Assembly: GCA_027730605.1 (NCBI GenBank)
Contig: JAQCGN010000001.1
Location: 1 to 60,265 of the forward strand
Reading direction: 5' to 3'
Length of the DNA stretch: 60,265 nt
Source: Actinomycetota bacterium
Lineage (GTDB): Bacteria; Actinomycetota; Actinomycetes; S36-B12; UBA5976
Part shown: piece after piece, positions 59,961-60,265 of the stretch
Layout of the letters: the number at the start of each line of letters is the position of its first letter
How positions within the stretch are numbered: position 1 is the stretch's first letter
Translations under genes and position numbers: made by a program
The notes under the pieces: model-generated
Told to the model about the DNA's origin: nothing
Databases searched by the model: none
What the model saw: only the letters and a program-made list of their open reading frames with translations

Positions 59961-60265
59961 ATGTCACAAGAAAGATCATCAGTGACACCTTTTCCTGACA
60001 ATAATAATTCTATTGAAGATGTTAAGCAACGAAACGCAGAGTTAGTAAATTTACTTTCTGATGCAAAGACTCAATTAGAAAATCTTAAAAATCAGGTTGA
60101 GCAACTAGGAGCACCTCCTTTGGGTTTTGGAATTTTTGTTGAACATATTGGCCCAGATGCTGATGTGTTTATAAATGGCAGAAAAATGAGAGTAACAATC
60201 TCTCCAGAGATAGATAAGAATGATTTAACAGCAGGTAGAGAAGTAATTTTAAACGAGTCTCTAAA
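59961..60265 (+). CDS. arc: proteasome-associated AAA ATPase (ARC/Mpa), N-terminal fragment running off the window
   Basis: ATG 59961 preceded by GGAGGAAAG, open to the window end. An N-terminal coiled coil (NAELVNLLSDAKTQLENLKNQVEQL) is followed by an OB domain (GFGIFVEHIG.DADVFINGRKMRVTISP). Conserved trmI-arc order. Confidence 0.8.
   Translation, partial: MSQERSSVTPFPDNNNSIEDVKQRNAELVNLLSDAKTQLENLKNQVEQLGAPPLGFGIFVEHIGPDADVFINGRKMRVTISPEIDKNDLTAGREVILNESL

Overview
This window is a very gene-dense (about 95 % coding by eye), AT-rich stretch of housekeeping chromosome. Gene content and order look actinobacterial. My inference is a streamlined, low-GC freshwater lineage such as acI/Nanopelagicales. 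I did not compute G+C.

Gene order, left to right:
- aroK(partial)-aroB-aroQ-pepP-efp-nusB, then a tRNA
- pdtaR (ANTAR response regulator), convergent with upp
- a branched-chain amino-acid ABC transporter: binding protein on +, livHMGF on -
- DUF554 and a thioesterase
- polA-rpsA-coaE-uvrB-TerC-uvrA-uvrC-rapZ-whiA-gap-pgk-tpiA-secG-rbpA, convergent with tkt
- ctaB, an ATP-grasp-like gene, convergent with ctaA
- sufR-sufB-sufD-Rieske-sufC-sufS-sufU-DUF59
- an ABC exporter, convergent with SURF1 and DUF3099
- fabG-inhA, convergent with an orphan gene
- DUF4916-VKOR, then tRNA-Leu(GAG)
- an M20 peptidase, convergent with DUF5703 and an aldo/keto reductase
- uppP, a histidine phosphatase, DUF3090, an SCO1664-family kinase-like protein, mshC, pgi
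- PAC2, HAD, a RecB/Cas4-like nuclease, trmI, and the start of arc/mpa

I saw no rRNA, CRISPR array, transposase/IS, integrase, prophage, or recognisable defence or toxin-antitoxin genes. I do not see a convincing stand-alone novel system.

The items most worth a second look are:
- a well-folded class-I-shaped tRNA whose anticodon reads CAA (Leu)
- the conserved but uncharacterised phosphomutase/DUF3090/kinase-like trio between uppP and mshC
- a LivH permease with a secreted beta-sandwich-like N-terminal extension
- a terminator-like hairpin inside the leader of the binding-protein gene, near the ANTAR regulator
- an ATP-grasp-like gene wedged between ctaB and ctaA

All calls come from reading the translated ORFs and the DNA by eye. 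Start codons are approximate. Every homology statement is recognition from memory, not a search.
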